Shown here one piece after another: positions 62,368-64,000 of a stretch of 64,000 bases of DNA (its first letter is position 1; each line of letters begins with the position of its first letter). Source of the stretch: Phoronis australis. Its lineage: Eukaryota > Animalia > Phoronida. The DNA lies in the NCBI GenBank assembly GCA_002633005.1, contig NMRA01000300.1:72336-136335 (forward strand), read 5' to 3'. A model generated the notes under the pieces. The model saw nothing but the letters and a program-made list of their open reading frames with translations, was not told where the DNA came from and ran no database searches. Both the position numbers and the translations under genes were made by a program.

Positions 62368-64000
62368 CTGAAAAGTAAAAACAACAGTGATAGTTACATC
62401 TGTCCTACAGGGACCTCACGGCTCATTCAATCATCAATTATGCGATTGGATTTTGGCGCGGAAACAAATTCAAAAATCTAAGTCAGGTGTCATATACGAT
62501 GATACTGATTGGTCATTTTTTGTATCGTAGCTTTTCTTTAAACGGTAGTTCAAAGGCTGTGATTTGAGAGGCAGGCCGTAAAAAGCACCAAAACTGGAAA
62601 TGTTCCATGGTTAATAACCGTTGTGCTACAAATGATTGAAACAACTGATTTCTCAAAGTTTTCAAATTCGTTCTCTTCTCAAAATAGGGTCCCCCCACGA
62701 CTCTTCAACACAATAAAATAGCGACAAGGATGAACTACAGTGATATTATTCTAACTTCTGAGACTTGTGTGAAGTCTTCTGGGGAAATCACGTTCGCAGT
62801 AATATTGAAACTCGAGTTATCTCTTAACAACGGAAAGGTCTGCACTGAGATCGTGATTTTCTTTCACTTAAAAGATGGCGCTACACAACTTCCTCCTCAG
62901 ACCTTCCTCGAGCGACGGCATTGAGAATTTGACCCACGTGATCAACTGAAAGTCATTTATGCCAATTTGTTGTTTAGGTCTACATTCCTGATTTTATAGC
63001 GCCGGTAAAATGCCTCATTTCAACTGTCAGAAACACAATTGATGTTCTTAGGAATGAGTAAACAGGCGACGGTCTATTACCAAATTTTGCAGCTAACCCG
63101 GGCGGGACAAATCGTGTGGTACCACTGGAGTTGAACCATATAAAGTAAGACCAAGGACAATGAGTTTAGCCTGCGTTTTTACATGTTTTATTTGTATTAA
63201 GCAACAAGTCGAATGTTGAAAGGAATGAATGAAATTCGTCTGCTCTAGCTACCCACGGCCAAACAACAGAATCACATAACTTACCAGCACCAAAAAATCG
63301 GTTCCCAAGCAATGTTTATTGAAACTAAAATTAAATAGATAAATGTATGGTAAGCTTAGTATTGCTGAAATTACAGGAATACGACTCTTCGCAATCGTTA
63401 TTTCAAATGTTTCTAGAACGTTACTCTTGATAGTGAACAGCATTAGACAAGTCTAGGGGTACTTGAACCATGGGTTGTTAAACTAAGCTGTCACAAACAA
63501 TGTCCTGTTGTCAGATACGACTTCTTCTCTGCGTACTTGCTTTTCATGTTCTTGAACTTTGCTTGCGATTTAAATTGTTCGCCAATAAAACGCCAACAAT
63601 TCCGGCCATCAGCGGCTGAAACTAGGCTGCAGTGACAAGCAAACTTGTCAAGTCTAGTGTGGACTATTAACTTCCTGTCAGTTAGTGTGAAGCCTCGAGT
63701 TGAGAATTGCTTCCGATGTTCTATATTTTTTCTTTATTCCTGACATAATCCATGAATATTTGTCTTACATATCATTTTTTTCTGAGTTTCACTTTATATC
63801 ACTATTACTATAGTTAATATTTTACGTTATTTTCACGTATTGTTACCGTTTTATTTATTTTTTTATCTATTTTACACTATTTTTTGTTTCATGCCTTTCA
63901 TTTATTACATTATTTAGTTATTTCATACATTGCTTTACCGTGGGTACTATGGGAGAGTAGTTAATTTCACTGCTATCCACTATAAACGGATCTTTAATAA

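Noticed and set aside
486-63443. Remaining 60-150 aa ORFs in the supplied track
   Set aside because: No motifs or splice context, many with non-ATG starts, or antisense shadows of real exons and repeats.

Overview
Eukaryotic invertebrate genomic DNA (AT-rich, GT-AG introns, five assembly gaps or single Ns). A lophotrochozoan source is my guess from receptor motifs and is not proven. Three genes can be built by hand. (1) A complete 9-coding-exon class A neuropeptide GPCR of the CCAP/NPS/NG-peptide receptor family (+, 10772-34486, about 446 aa). (2) A complete 6-coding-exon Wnt1 (+, 42965-57622, 380 aa). (3) The last exon of a convergent Wnt6 (-, 61906-62367). The GPCR locus is packed with non-autonomous DNA transposons: three Kolobok-type copies, an ISL2EU-type THAP element split by a nested 9-bp-TSD element, 5-bp-TSD MITEs and a 1.27-kb palindrome. 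It also holds LINE fragments and minisatellites. I found no clearly new biological system. The best leads are that both Wnts carry Tyr for the Frizzled-contacting Trp of 'WCC', Wnt6 has Thr at the lipidation site, a palindromic AATAAA/TTTATT site lies between the two Wnt 3' ends, and the GPCR is a divergent family member with three in-frame donors in ICL3. All calls rest on manual translation and remembered family motifs; no searches were run.
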